Assembly: GCA_964016885.1 (NCBI GenBank)
Contig: OZ024741.1
Coordinates: forward strand, 203,732,001-203,796,000
Length of the DNA stretch: 64,000 nt
DNA from: Eledone cirrhosa
Taxonomy: Eukaryota
Direction of reading: 5' to 3'
This document shows positions 27,999-40,624 of this stretch, one piece after another. Both the position numbers and the translations under genes were made by a program. Positions within the stretch are counted from its first letter, which is position 1. Each line of letters begins with the position of its first letter. The notes beneath the pieces are model-generated. The model saw only the letters and a list, made by a program, of their open reading frames with translations. It made no database searches and was not told where the DNA came from.

Positions 27999-29199
27999 AT
28001 CTCTCCCTCTTTCTCTCTTTTTCTCTCTCTGACTTTCCCGCTTTCTTCTCTCTCTCTCCCTCGCCCTCTTTCCTTCCCCTCTCCCCTCCCCCCTCTCTCT
28101 ATAAATGTACGCGTGACTGTGGCAACCCCAGCACTCTGATTACTAGTGTCAACCTGAGTTCAGCAACTGTCAAGTCTGTTATTTCAATCCAATAAGTAAT
28201 CAATAAATATCTCAAAACACTTCGTTCATCGCTGAATGTATTACTATCTGCGTCAAAATGCGTAACGTAACTGGAACTCACAAAATTCTGCCTGAATAAT
28301 TAAGAATAAAACATTCTCAAATGTGTTTAATTTACTATCCCTCAAAGAATATAGCTGAGTTTCATCATTCTAACTTTAAACGTGGCTTAAATAAATGTTG
28401 CTATTCGTGATATTATCGAGCTAAGTCTGGCTTATTTGCATAAACACTAAAATCAGCAAATAAGCTTTCTTCGATCCTTTTAACAATTGTTTCTACTTTT
28501 GGCATAAGGCCAGCAATTACCCAGTGTATTACTGGTACTTTATTTTATCGACCCCGTAAGGATGAAAGGCAAAGTTAAATTGTTTCTACTTTTGGCATAA
28601 GGCCAGCAATTACCCAGTGTATTACTGGTACTTTATTTTATCGACCCCGTAAGGATGAAAGGCAAAGTTAACCTCGGCAGGATTTGAACTCAGATTGCAA
28701 AGGGCCGTAACTCTACCGATACTGCCAATCCACCGCCCTTTTAATAATGTGACTCGGTCTAACAAAATTCCTCTCGATCTATTAAGATTAATCTGTTCGT
28801 CTTTCAAAGCCGGTATTTGCCAACGTTACAGCATTGGAATAAAAACGATTTTTTTTTCCTTCTAAAATTTCCTTTTTCTTAAATCATTGCCTTTTTTAAT
28901 ATTATATTTTACTAGACCCCCCGTGACCTCTAGCGTAACTAGCGGGGGCAGTCGCCCCCCCCCCCCCTGGCTTTCCTCTCGGTCTAGGTGGGCCCCCTAG
29001 GCTATAATTCTAAACACATAACTTATTACACATGTAATTACGAATCCTTAACTACAACAACTTAAAGAAAACCCTTAATCTCTAATAAGACTAGAAGTTA
29101 AGACCAATTTCTTGTTTATTTAAAGAATATAATATTTCGGATAAAATGGCAACTGCATCTAAAAAATGTGTGGAGAATATTCAGTCGAATAAAAACGTT

Positions 29200-29391
29200 A
29201 CATTTTTTTTATTTGCTTTCTCCACATCTTATTTAGTTGAGTCAGGTTTCAGTCGGGTTATGCATCTGCTTTCAAAAAGTGGAAATCGCCTTGATATAGA
29301 AAGAAGAGGTGGTTTACGACTCTCTCTAACGGCTTTGACACCAAACATTGACAAATTAGTAGCCTTGCCTCAATCACAGGGATCTCATTAA
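29200..29391 (+). pseudogene. C-terminal fragment of a Buster/Charlie-type hAT transposase
   Basis: FSTSYLVESGFS...RNRL-like...LRLSL...PNIDKLV...QGSH*, the typical Buster-type C-terminus. Confidence 0.75.
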
Positions 29392-30186
29392 AAACCGATT
29401 GTTATATTCTTTGATTTGTAAATATATATAAATGATTTGATATCTAAATTCTATATTATTCTTTTTGTTTGAAATGTTGTAATACATGCTTATGTTATTC
29501 TCGATACTCAGTTTTTTAACCTAATATTTAATTAAAAGTATAATTATGCATCAGTATATACACACAAATATATATTTAGTTGGAATATAATATTCGTTCT
29601 CATCATGAACTTTCTAAAGTTGTAACTTGATATCTGACATTCTGCTGTCCAGAACTTTGACCTAATTGTCTTCCTCTATTGTAACACCCCTCCTCATCCT
29701 CTAACTGCTTTCCATTGAATTTCATCTTTTATCTCCTTTTCAGCCGATGGATTTTGTTGATTTAGAAACCAGCCAATGAATACCATCGGTCAATGTTCCT
29801 TTATATTTTGATATGTTTTTTATTCTTGTAATAAAATTAGTATTCATTCAACACTGACGATAGAGAGCGGATGGAGGTATGTTGTATTTTCTTTGTATAA
29901 TTTGTAAAATATAAAATATATATATATATATCTTAATGAAAATACACATGCCAATATCTGATCCCTTGAAACGATCGTCTGTTTAAGTGTAAATCAATAT
30001 TAATAGGAAGAACATGTTCTTTGTTTAATTTTTCATTGTTTTTCAATGTCTTATTTTGACTCTGTCTTCCAATTGTTTTACATTATTAATTAACTACATG
30101 TATTTTTTATGATTTTTCCACATTTGGATTACATTGAGTTCTCTATACGGATTCGACACTACCGTTTACTCCGGTAGATTAATCTG

Positions 30187-30262
<76 letters not shown>

Positions 30263-30392
30263 CCTGGACTTTTGCTCTGTTTTGTGTTTTGTTTTTCGTC
30301 GATTATTTGACGTGTTTTACATTCTTCGGTGTTGAATATCAAATCAAGCGAATTGCATTATTCCAACTGTGTCAATATAGTACTCATTAAGA

Positions 30393-33092
30393 ATGTTGCC
30401 TAAAAAAAATTACAAAACTGGAGCAACAAAGAGGAAAGAAGCTAGACAAGCTGCCAGGGAAGAATCTGCAAAGAAATGTCATCTAATCACAAGTTTTCTG
30501 AAAAGTCAACAGTCTTCGTCAACAAGTAGTGACGCATCCCAAACCAATGTAACTGCTGGAATTTCCGGCGAGTCGGTCTGGTCAGATGAACTGGAGAAAC
30601 AGAAAAGCACTGGAGAGTCGCGAGAACCTGACGTCGAAGATGCCTCAGGTCCATCGACTATCTCAACAACCGTCGTAGTCACTGAAGATATAGTTCCAAA
30701 TGGGGATCCAAACTCAATAGAGGAAAAAATGGCTGTATCGGAATCTGAAAATGAAAATGATTCAGAGGAAACTACATCGGCAAAACAAATCCCAGAGCAT
30801 GAGCCAGTAGAGTGCATGTTGAATTTACAAGAGAAGTATCCAAGCGACCCGAAACATTTCGAAGACAGACCATTGACGACACCTCTAATTCGTGCCCTCA
30901 TGGCCATTGGTCCTTGTCAGCCAGGATTGAAAGATAATTTTGCTGATTTCCCTCTCGACTCGAACCACAGAAAATTCAACATTAGTTGGTACAAGAGAAA
31001 GTGTGCTGGAATCCATGAAGTTGACCGACACTGGTTAGTATACTCTCCTGAATCCAACAGACTATATTGCTTTTGTTGTTGGCTGTTTGCTGATAAAAAT
31101 GCCGAATCTTACTCGAAGACTTGGGGTAATCCAGAGTGTGGGATGGCAGACTTCAAAAAGGGAATCGAAAAAATTGCCAATCATGAGAAAAGTACCATTC
31201 ACATCAAAGCACAAAAGCAATACTTCATGACAAAATATCGTTTGGACGCAAATAAAACGGTGATCGATAACCTCATCCATGAAGAGAAGAAGCGAATTGA
31301 ACGAAATCGCCAGATATTGTGGCGATTGCTTGATTGTACGTTATTTCTCGCAAAACAAGGCTTGGCCTTCAGAGGTCACAGGGAATATGCTGGACTTGGC
31401 GCCAAATCAGAAAATGAAGGAAACTTTATTGAATTGTTGAAATTGATAGCCAAGTATGATACGAAAGCCATTTCTTCTCGCCTGGGCGCACTAAAAGACA
31501 GTCCAAAATTACAAAACGAATTCATAGAATGCCTGGCGAACGAATGTACTCAACAAATAATCACGGAAGTGAAAGAGGCAAAATACTATTCAGTCATTGT
31601 CGATTCCACAATAGACATTTCGCATCAGGATCAAGGCTCTCTGTCACTGCGATATGTATCGAAAAGTGGCCACGCACAGGAGCGTTTCCTGTCATTTTGT
31701 GAACTAAAATCAGCAGCCGCTGAATCATTTTTCGATACGCTTGTGAAAGTTCTTTTCCAGGATCTTTCCTTGGATGCTCAATATATTAGAGGACAAGCTT
31801 ACGACGGAGCGTCGAATATGTCCGGCCATATTTCTGGGCTTCAGGCTAGAGTTAAAGAGGGATGCTCTTCGAAAGCTGTTTACGTCCATTGTTGTGCTCA
31901 TAACCTGAACCTGGTGTTAATCGATGCTAGCCAATCGTCAATGGATGGTAAATTATTTTTTGGTACATTGGAGAGCCTGTATGTTTTCTTAACATCAAGC
32001 TTGCCAAGGCTGAAAATCCTCGAAGAAGAACAAGAAAAACTATTGACTTCAACGGTATTAACATTAAAAAGACTCTCAGATACCCGCTGGTTTAGTCACA
32101 TTCAGGCTGTAGAGGCTACCATTAACAACTTACCGGCAGTAATGAGTGCACTAGAGAGGATAGTAGGTGGGGATGTTCGCAACTCTTCTCCGAAAGTATT
32201 AGCTGAGGCCAGAGGTTTGCTACTAAATGTGAGCAAGTTTGAATTCATTTTCATGTTGAAGTTTTTTCAGAATTTACTTAAAAAGCTGCATTCTGTTTCA
32301 CAATATTTGCAGAAGGAGGCTATCGACTTATATTCCGCGGACGTCATGATTAAAATTGTAGTAAAAGAAATTGAAGAAATCCGCTCAAATGAATATTTTG
32401 ACCGAACATTATCAGACACTAAAAATCTCGCCGAGCAATGTCAAGTTGAACCAGAGTTTACAACAGAAAAACGGAAAAGAAAAAAGAAGCGTTTTCATGA
32501 CGAAAATGCCAGTGACGAACCTCATGAGACGATGAGTCAGCATTTTAAACGGGACGTTTATTTCACTATCCTAGAGAGAATCATTAGTAGCTTTAACGAA
32601 CGTTTTGCCGACTTGCACGGTCTAGTGAAGGATTTTTCGTGCTTGATACCGGCGCACTTCGACGACGACGACAGATGCAATAAAGAGAGAATCGATAATC
32701 TTGCGAAATTCTACGAGGGTGACATCGAAAATGACACTATCTTCGATGAATATTTATCATTCAAAGATCTTTACAAGGAAGTGTGTTTAGATAAATCCAT
32801 ATCGAGTTCTGAGATCGTTCCGTTTATGATTTCTAATGACTTAGATAGAGCCTATCCGAACGTGTTTGCCTTAAACAAAATGTTCATAACTATTCCGGTT
32901 AGCTCGGCGCAGGCTGAGCGAACCTTCAGCAGGCTCAAACTGATAAAGAATTATTTGCGTAGTACCATGAGTGAAAAGCGGTTGAATGCTCTGGCAATGA
33001 TGTACATAGAGCGAGAACTGGCTGAAAAAATTGACTTCAGCATCGTGATTGAAAAATTTTCTAAAGTAAAACATCGCAAATTAGAACTGTAG
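30393..33092 (+). CDS. hAT transposase, 899 aa (TTF-type Zn finger, DUF4371-like region, hATC dimerisation domain)
   Basis: WLVYS..LYCFCCWLF, QGLAFRGH, VDSTID (D), YDGASNMSG (D), HCCAH, DTRW, AERTFS (E), LRSTM. Confidence 0.92.
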   Translation: MLPKKNYKTGATKRKEARQAAREESAKKCHLITSFLKSQQSSSTSSDASQTNVTAGISGESVWSDELEKQKSTGESREPDVEDASGPSTISTTVVVTEDIVPNGDPNSIEEKMAVSESENENDSEETTSAKQIPEHEPVECMLNLQEKYPSDPKHFEDRPLTTPLIRALMAIGPCQPGLKDNFADFPLDSNHRKFNISWYKRKCAGIHEVDRHWLVYSPESNRLYCFCCWLFADKNAESYSKTWGNPECGMADFKKGIEKIANHEKSTIHIKAQKQYFMTKYRLDANKTVIDNLIHEEKKRIERNRQILWRLLDCTLFLAKQGLAFRGHREYAGLGAKSENEGNFIELLKLIAKYDTKAISSRLGALKDSPKLQNEFIECLANECTQQIITEVKEAKYYSVIVDSTIDISHQDQGSLSLRYVSKSGHAQERFLSFCELKSAAAESFFDTLVKVLFQDLSLDAQYIRGQAYDGASNMSGHISGLQARVKEGCSSKAVYVHCCAHNLNLVLIDASQSSMDGKLFFGTLESLYVFLTSSLPRLKILEEEQEKLLTSTVLTLKRLSDTRWFSHIQAVEATINNLPAVMSALERIVGGDVRNSSPKVLAEARGLLLNVSKFEFIFMLKFFQNLLKKLHSVSQYLQKEAIDLYSADVMIKIVVKEIEEIRSNEYFDRTLSDTKNLAEQCQVEPEFTTEKRKRKKKRFHDENASDEPHETMSQHFKRDVYFTILERIISSFNERFADLHGLVKDFSCLIPAHFDDDDRCNKERIDNLAKFYEGDIENDTIFDEYLSFKDLYKEVCLDKSISSSEIVPFMISNDLDRAYPNVFALNKMFITIPVSSAQAERTFSRLKLIKNYLRSTMSEKRLNALAMMYIERELAEKIDFSIVIEKFSKVKHRKLEL

Positions 33093-33746
33093 AACAAGTG
33101 ATGTGCTTGAATGTGAAAGTAAAGTTTTAGATGGACGATTTGTTGCACATACGAATTTTTGTTTGTGAATAATCGATTGCAAGACTAGTTTTACTGGATA
33201 TTGTTTTTTTTTTTCTGAAGATAGACCACCGTCTTTGCAGTTAATAAAGTTTTCACGGAACATGCTAACTCTGTAATCTATGATGTATTCTACTCTATTA
33301 TAAATTATCTATTCTAGACGCCCGCATGAACATATTTTCTTGCAGCTGATGGAAATGAGCGTATGGAATTGGTGGGCCCCCTTTAGATCGGATTCCCCCC
33401 CCCCCCTGGCTTTAAAAGCTAGTTACTCCACTGCCCGTGACCCGTTGGGTCACGTTCACTTCAAAATATTTTTTTTGAAATCATGTTCACTTAAAAATAA
33501 TATTTAAATAATTATAATATACACAGACATGTATGTAATGTGAAATGAAACTGGAAGGCACATATATATGTATATATATGTATATATATATATATATATA
33601 TATGATGTGAGAAAAACCACAGACCCTCCATCTCAACTCTACTTTTGAAAAGCAGAAGAACTACGAAACCGGTAAAGGAACCAAATAAATATATATATAT
33701 ATTTTTAAATAAGACTCCAGTTGCATTTTCGATTTCATCTTTTTTT

Positions 33747-33804
<58 letters not shown>

Positions 33805-34664
33805 CGAAGGAAATGTGGTAAGGAACCACATGGACCATAACGCACCAAAGTACTCAATGCTTAGGGTAGTAGAGTGGGTAATAGGAACAAGTAGGGCCCC
33901 GACGGCTGAGCTCAAGCCGTTTCGACGGCTAATTCTGGACTAAATGAAAATTTTTAGCCTGGTAAATGAATAGCCGAACTTCTCAGGGGGTAATTCCATA
34001 TATGGTAAAAGTGATTGTCACAAGGATTGGTCAAAAGTTTGTTGTTATGACACATGATTCTATCATGGCATTTTGTGGAAGGTAGGGGTAGCTGAACTTG
34101 CCAGTAGAAGAAAGAGGGAGAGGGAATGGAGGAAACCCAGTCAAGCGTTGAAAGTGGCAACTACAGCAGATTCTAAGGATAGTGTATAGAAGGTCGAAAA
34201 AAGTATACTAGAGAAGGGGAGGGGGAGGAAGTTGAAACAATAAGTAAATCTAAATGGAGTAAGTATATAGAAAATATAAAAAATATTTTAAAAAAATATA
34301 AAAAAACTTATTGTTTCAACTTCCTCCCCCTCCCCTTCTACACACTAACCTTAGAATCTGCTGTAGTTGTCACTTTCAACGCTTGACTGGGTTTCCTCCA
34401 TTCCCTCTCCCTCTTTCTTCTACTGGCAAGTTCAGCTACCCCTACCTTCCACAAAATGGCATGATAGAATCATGTGTCCTAACAACAAACTTTTGACCAA
34501 TCCTTGTGACAATCACTTTTACCATATATGGAATTACCCCCTGAGAAGTTCGGCTATTCATTTACCAGGCTAAAAATTGTCATTTAGTCCAGAATTAGCC
34601 GTCGAAACGGCTTGAGCTCAGCTGTCCGGGTCCTACTTGTTCCTATATATATATATATATATAG

Positions 34665-36152
34665 TATTTACGTATCGAGAAAGAGAGAAAAAATGGAGGG
34701 ATAGGTGATACATATAGTTATTTGCCAAGTAGCGTATGCCAAAGGTGCTCGATACTAGTGCCGGCAGTATTAAATATTCGAAGTGTTAATATTTAGTGGG
34801 TTAGCAGAGGTTTAGTAGAGTTAGCAGAGCGTAAGCACGTGGGAAAGTGAAAAATCGGAGAATAGACCGTTAAAACATGTTTATTGAAAATATCACCTAC
34901 GTACGTTTAGCCCAGTTGGGCTTCTCAAGGGCATAAACAGTCACAAGTGTTCCTTATATAGTTTGGAAAGAGATTTGGGGGTTAAATCGACATCAAGATT
35001 CATCGCTCGCAAAAATATCTTGTTTTGATTTTGCAGCAGGTCAAGGGAGGTAACTTTGGCCGGTGTTAGGGCAGTCTTTCCCGGATAATTTTTGGTATGC
35101 AGGGATCGTTTTCTGGGTGTTGTTTTGCTGCGCCTGCCCGCCGGGGTGTTAAGACTTGTTGCAGGGAGATCCAGTGTGTTATTTCACTCTCCATTCTTAA
35201 CCCATCTAAAGAAGGATATTTTTAAGCGATGTGTACAACTTATCGCTGTTTCAGCTCTGCTGTTGATGAGCTCGTGGGGTGCAGTTATGATGTGGTAGAG
35301 CTCCATGAGGCAAAGATCGCATTTCCTCTTGAAGTTGTACGGTGCAGCCCTGTCGACAATCTCCCAGTGCGTGGAGAAGCTAATGTTTAAGTCCTTTAGT
35401 GATGTGATGTAGTCCGCGAGCGAGGTGGAGTGTCTTAGTTTTCTATTTGTGAAAGAGTGGAGATGTGTTCGAAACCTAATTTTGAACGGGCCGGAGGTGG
35501 CCCCTATATAATGTTTAACGCTATTGTGGCTAGTAATAGTGCATCTATATATAACCCTATCGGTCAAGCAGTATCCTCTAAGGGGGCACCGTCCTCTGTC
35601 GCGGCAGTTGCAATTTCTGTCGCTGTTCCGTCTATTTCCCACGATAAGGCTATCATTGTTGCTGCCTACGTTGTTAGCTGTGCTACCGCAGCTGTCGTTA
35701 GCACAATTACAACCCACAGCACGCGGGATGGTGCGATTGTTATTCCGCACGCCATGTTTTGCATGCTCCCCAGTCACTTCGCGGTCATTCTGGTTGCCTC
35801 TGCGGATGCCGTTGCCAACACTATTGGATGCTGCCAGGGAGTTGTTAAGGCCGATACAGTTATTGTCAGGTGTAGGTGCGTCTGCGTCGAGGTGCTGTGT
35901 CTTGGTGATCTTACTGTGGTTCGTTGTTCCTATGATGTCTGCTAGGTTAGGAGTAGTAGAGAAGGATATTTTTATATTGTTCCTATTAAGAATTTTTCTA
36001 TACCTATGGTTGGGTGGGAAGTTCTTCTCTAAGGCTTCGAAGAATATCCGGGGTATGTTGGAGGCCACACTTCGAGAGTAGGGGGGGGTGGAACCATAGG
36101 ACGTTACGGTGGCGATTACGTGTCCTTGTACTTTTGCTACGGGTGGTTCCAT
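34665..36152 (-). mobile_element. Penelope-like element 3' fragment (thumb + GIY-YIG)
   Basis: ORF 35184-36152 has NFPPNHRYRKILNRNNIKISFS, CNCR..CPL, VIYRC...YIGATSGPFKIRF and CDLC. Confidence 0.85.
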
Positions 36153-37389
36153 CTAAGTGATCGCTCTTATGTGTGTTAATGCGCTGTCGCCCGTTCGGTG
36201 CCCCTTTCACTTTATGCTCGGGTGCACTCTTTCTACCACTTCCATGTTTATGTACACGAAGATGTGCACTGGTCATAGTCACCCACACACATACACACAC
36301 ACATATATATATATATACTTACACATATACACTCACATATATATATATACACAACAACACCACCAGCTCTCTTCCATCTCCTTCTCTGTCTCTTCTCCCT
36401 CTCTCTATATCTCTCTTTCAATCTACTCTCTCACAACCACTATCTCTTCCTCTCTATATTTCTCTCTCTTTGTTTATGAAGGTACCCGGAAAAAAACCCA
36501 TATCTCGGGAACCTTTGCTCCGATTTACGCGAAACTTGTTTTATTCCATTTATATTCCCATTTCAGGGGCAACTTCCTTTCATAGTATTTTCCCATTATG
36601 CGCCCTTCTGGCTGTATTACATTACAGACAAGCAAGCAACCAATCACAGACTTTTAGTATTATATAGATAGATAGTGTTTGAATCGTTTTATTTAAATAA
36701 AGGGGTATATTCCAAAAGTTCCTGTCATATGACAGGTAACACTCTATTTTCTCTAATAATGGCACAGGACCAACCATTTTTTGAGGTGGGGAAAGTCGGT
36801 TAAGTCGACCCCAGTACATTACTCGGGCTTTATTTTATCGACCCTGTAAGGATGAAAGGCAAAGATAACCTCGGCTGGATTAGAACTCAGAATGTAAAGG
36901 GGCTTAACTCTATGCTACGAAGCATGTTTGCCGACGCTTTACCATTACTGTCAATCCACCACCCTTCTATTATCTGTAATAATGTATGATAAAACTCTAA
37001 CATAAAGACTAAATGCTTATATTTGTCAGTTAATTGACGATCATACTTCATCTGGTCTAGTGGTTAGGGTGTTGTCTTACGATCATAACGCTCTGCGGAC
37101 GGGCGTCGCATTGTATTTATTTCCCGTTTCTCCTTCTATCAAAGAGTTTTGACTGGCATACATCTAGAACGACCAATAGAAACAGTTTCCTTAGTCCAAT
37201 CAGATAATTGATCCCATTCACTGGATTTTTTCATAATTTTAGAAGAAAAAAATGAATTTTTATTCCAATACTGATGCGTTGGCAAATGCCGACTTTGTTG
37301 AAAATTGACTGATAATTGACAGAAATAATTGACTGATAATTAACTTCAATAATTGACTGATACTTGATTTTAATAGTTGACTGATTATT

Positions 37390-37659
37390 CTCCGAAGTGG
37401 GAGATCACAGCTCCAATACTATGGCCATGGGGTTAGAATGTCTAAGGAAAGAATCGCTAGACAGATTTTACGGGCCAAACCAACCGGCAGGAGACCCAAG
37501 GAGAGACCCCGGGCAAGATGGTTGGGTAACATACATGAGCGTGGCTGGTCTCGATTGGGCATCCAGCCGGATCAGTTGAAGACAGTTGCTTCTGACAGGA
37601 CCTGCTGGAAGGAGTGTTTGAGGACTCTGTCCCCATAAACCTGTCAAGAAGAAGAAGAA
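37390..37659 (+). mobile_element. 5'-truncated RTE-clade LINE 3' end with (GAA)n tail and 11-bp TSD
   Basis: QLQYYGH..RM...PTGRRPKERPRARW...DRTCW. TSD GACTGATTATT at 37379-37389 and 37660-37670. Confidence 0.82.
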
Positions 37660-38489
37660 GACTGATTATTGGTTGATAATTATTAGTTAATAATCAGTCA
37701 ATTATTAATTTTAATTTTATAATAATTGATTAATTGTTTCTACTTTTGGTGATAATTGACGAATAATTTACTCTAAAATCAACTGCAAAAGAATAATATG
37801 GTACAATACCATTTCATATTTCGAGCTTGTAAATTATAATCATAGTGCTTTTGGGCAGGAAACATAACTTTACTTGCCTTAGAGTGAATGGGCGGCCCAT
37901 CCCTCTCCAGTTGATTTCTTCCAGGGAAATTAAGAGAGAAGTGAGAAAGAGATATATAGGAAGAAACTACACTAGTATTAAACTAGTATTTTTTAATGAC
38001 ATCGTCAAAGTTGAGTTCAGTGGGATTTAAATTTAGAGAATAAAGAGCCAGAACTAATACTGCAAAGCATTCTATCCGACATTCTAACGACTCTCCCATT
38101 TTACCTCACTATAGTCAGTAATATTTAAAACAAACAAAAGCTTTTTTTTTTTCTTTTTTTTTACAAATTCACATTTATTTATGTTTCAAGCAAACTACAA
38201 AACCCCCAAATTCCATTTATTTGTTTTCAAACGTTTTTGCATTATATACCATTAATAAAATGTTACTCTTAATATTAACAAGATTGATTGAGATATTCGA
38301 AATTTTAAAATATAGTCAGCACAACGCAGATAACTATAGATAATAGTTATATAAATCGGTTAAAATACCCCTGGAGGCGGAAAAAAGGTGGACAGAGACG
38401 CCAGCAAGTAACGTTTGATTTGGGTTTTCATTTTAATTATCTTTCTACATTTACTGGAAGAAAAATACTAAACCACTTGAACATCTGTT

Positions 38490-38700
38490 TCAGTATTTAG
38501 TTTGCGAAATATTAAAGGATGATAACAACTTTTTATAGCCTTCTTTATCTGGACGAGTTGAGTCTGGTGGCAGATGCTGAATCATTTTTGGCAAAGTTGC
38601 ATTCTGAGCATCTCCATCGCAAAGGATCGGTGCGTGATGCTTGTAAGTCTCATCCGTGATGCCGTACATTAGATATAGATCACACATCTGATCCGCGTAA
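38490..38700 (-). CDS. PHM: PHM-like monooxygenase terminal coding exon (CuM Met)
   Basis: ttcag| then YADQMCDLYLMY...ILC...KY*, matching PHM DEMCNLYIMY...C. AATAAA on the minus strand at about 38174-38179. Confidence 0.85.
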
Positions 38701-39113
38701 CTGAAACTAAAACAGAAAAACTAGTTAAATGAATTGTAATCTACCTATATATATATATATATATATCATCATCATCATCATCATCATCACCGTTTTACGT
38801 CCGTTCTTCCACGCTAGCATGGGCATTAATAAGAGGAATTCCAACTTTGTCTGATTAACTCGTTTTATTTACAATCCTTTAAAATTTATAATGGTCTTAT
38901 AATGAAATAGTATGATAGAATATTAAATTCTAAGTGTTAATTGACACTTAGAATTTAATATTCTATCATACTATTTCATTATAATAACATTATAAATTTT
39001 AAAGGATTGTAAATAAAACGAGTTAATCAGACAAAGTTGGAATTCCTCTTATTAATATAATCTTCTATACACAATCATACACACCCGTGTATATTTATCT
39101 ATCTATCTATCTA

Positions 39114-39207
<94 letters not shown>

Positions 39208-39242
39208 TATAATCTTCAAATTTATTATTATTACTATATATA

Positions 39243-39437
39243 GGGCGGTGGATTGGCAGTATCGGTGGAGGGTCGGGCGCCATGCTTTCCAGCATAGTTA
39301 CGTCCCTTTACGATCTGAGTTCAAATCCCGCCGAGGTTGACTTTGCCTTTCATCCTCACGGCGTCGATAAAATAAAGTACCAGTAATGCACTGGGTAATT
39401 GCTGGCATTGTACCTAAATTAGAAACAATTATTATTA
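39243..39437 (+). mobile_element. tRNA-derived SINE, dominant family. Other copies at about 1825-1935, 5630-5800, 7950-8135, 19950-20095, 21720-22045, 24875-25090, 28485-28740, 36750-36965, 40370-40510, 52720-53055
   Basis: A box TGGCAGTATCGG, B box GAGTTCAAATCC and shared core GACTTTGCCTTTCATCCT.ACGGGGTCGATAAAATAAAGTACCAGTA in more than 10 copies on both strands. Confidence 0.85.
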
Positions 39438-39520
39438 CTATATATATATATATATATATATAGTAATAATAATAAATTTGAAGATATATATATATATATC
39501 TTCAAATTTATTGTTATTAC

Positions 39521-39559
<39 letters not shown>

Positions 39560-40109
39560 ATTATATATATCCTATTTGTGTTTGTATGTATGTGTGTGTA
39601 TGTGTGTGTGTCTCTCTCGCTGTGTTTCTGTGTGTGTTTAAATAATACCTTATTTGTTAACATAGTTTTTACACAGTCCGCTTGCAGTACATTTATAATA
39701 CACGTGTGTATGATAAAGGAAGGCCTGGAAAAATTAACATACTATTGCGTAAGCGCAAATCCAATCTTCAAAATTCTGCTCTTCAACAGTCTCTGTTTCT
39801 ATGGTCGAAAATGTAAATGCTCAACCATGTTCTGGTGTCGATTATATTAACTACACACTGTCCATTAAGGGGTTCGTTTACTGATTAATGTACTTCACGA
39901 CCAGGTCAAAGAATAGAACCTGGTTTGTGAGTGAAGAATTCGTTTAACGATCAATTCGCTTTATAACCAGGTCGATGAAACAGAAGCTGGTCGTAAAGTA
40001 GAGAGTGGCTGTGTATGAGATCACGTTTTTGGCAAATAGTTACTTGAGTAGGATCCTATGACGAGAACGAATTTACTGTTTCAAGAATTGGATTTATTAA
40101 TGGACTTAC

Positions 40110-40159
40110 CCAAATTTAACATCTCTATTTTCCGGGTTGGTCAAGGTACAGCGCATCAT
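40110..40159 (-). CDS. PHM: PHM-like monooxygenase internal exon
   Basis: tgtag|...|gtaagt, 50 nt. MMRCTLTNPENRDVKFG aligns to PHM AARCVFTG...HIG. Confidence 0.8.
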
Positions 40160-40624
40160 CTACAACAATAAGTAAACGTAATATATTTTCAACATCATTA
40201 TGTATGTATGGTCCCATAACTCCTGATAGAGGCGAAGGGGCGCCGAATTGACATACGGCATTTCTTGGGCATTTTAAGCCTGGCGGAGCCCAGACCTGAG
40301 TACAGCAGAATTTTTCCTGAGAAAGATTGACAGTGAGAGAGAGGAAATGAGAAAAAGATATAGAGGAAGAATCGACTCCAGTACTAGACTGGTACTTTTT
40401 TGTCGACCTCGAAAGGGTGAAAGGCAAAGTTGACCGGGAGCACAGAGCCGGAACGAATATCTTAAAGCATTCTATCCGATGTTCTAACGACTCTGTCAAT
40501 TCGCCGCCTTCAACATCATTATACTAATGATTAATATTCCTTTTTGCCATAACTTGAAAAAAAACAAGCGGGTTAGAATAGAGAGAATGCTTGAAGTTTT
40601 ACATATACATCTTGCATCCTCTTC

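Larger units (their letters stand above)
28928..33433 (+). mobile_element. hAT DNA transposon (Tip100/ZMYM1-like), 4506 bp
   Basis: 8-bp TSD CCCGTGAC at 28920-28927 and 33434-33441. 16-bp imperfect TIRs CTCTAGCGTAACTAGC / GCTAGTTACTCCACTG. Confidence 0.9.

Noticed and set aside
39243-39335. tRNA genes
   Set aside because: The A/B boxes belong to SINE heads. There is no cloverleaf, and they are followed by the SINE body.
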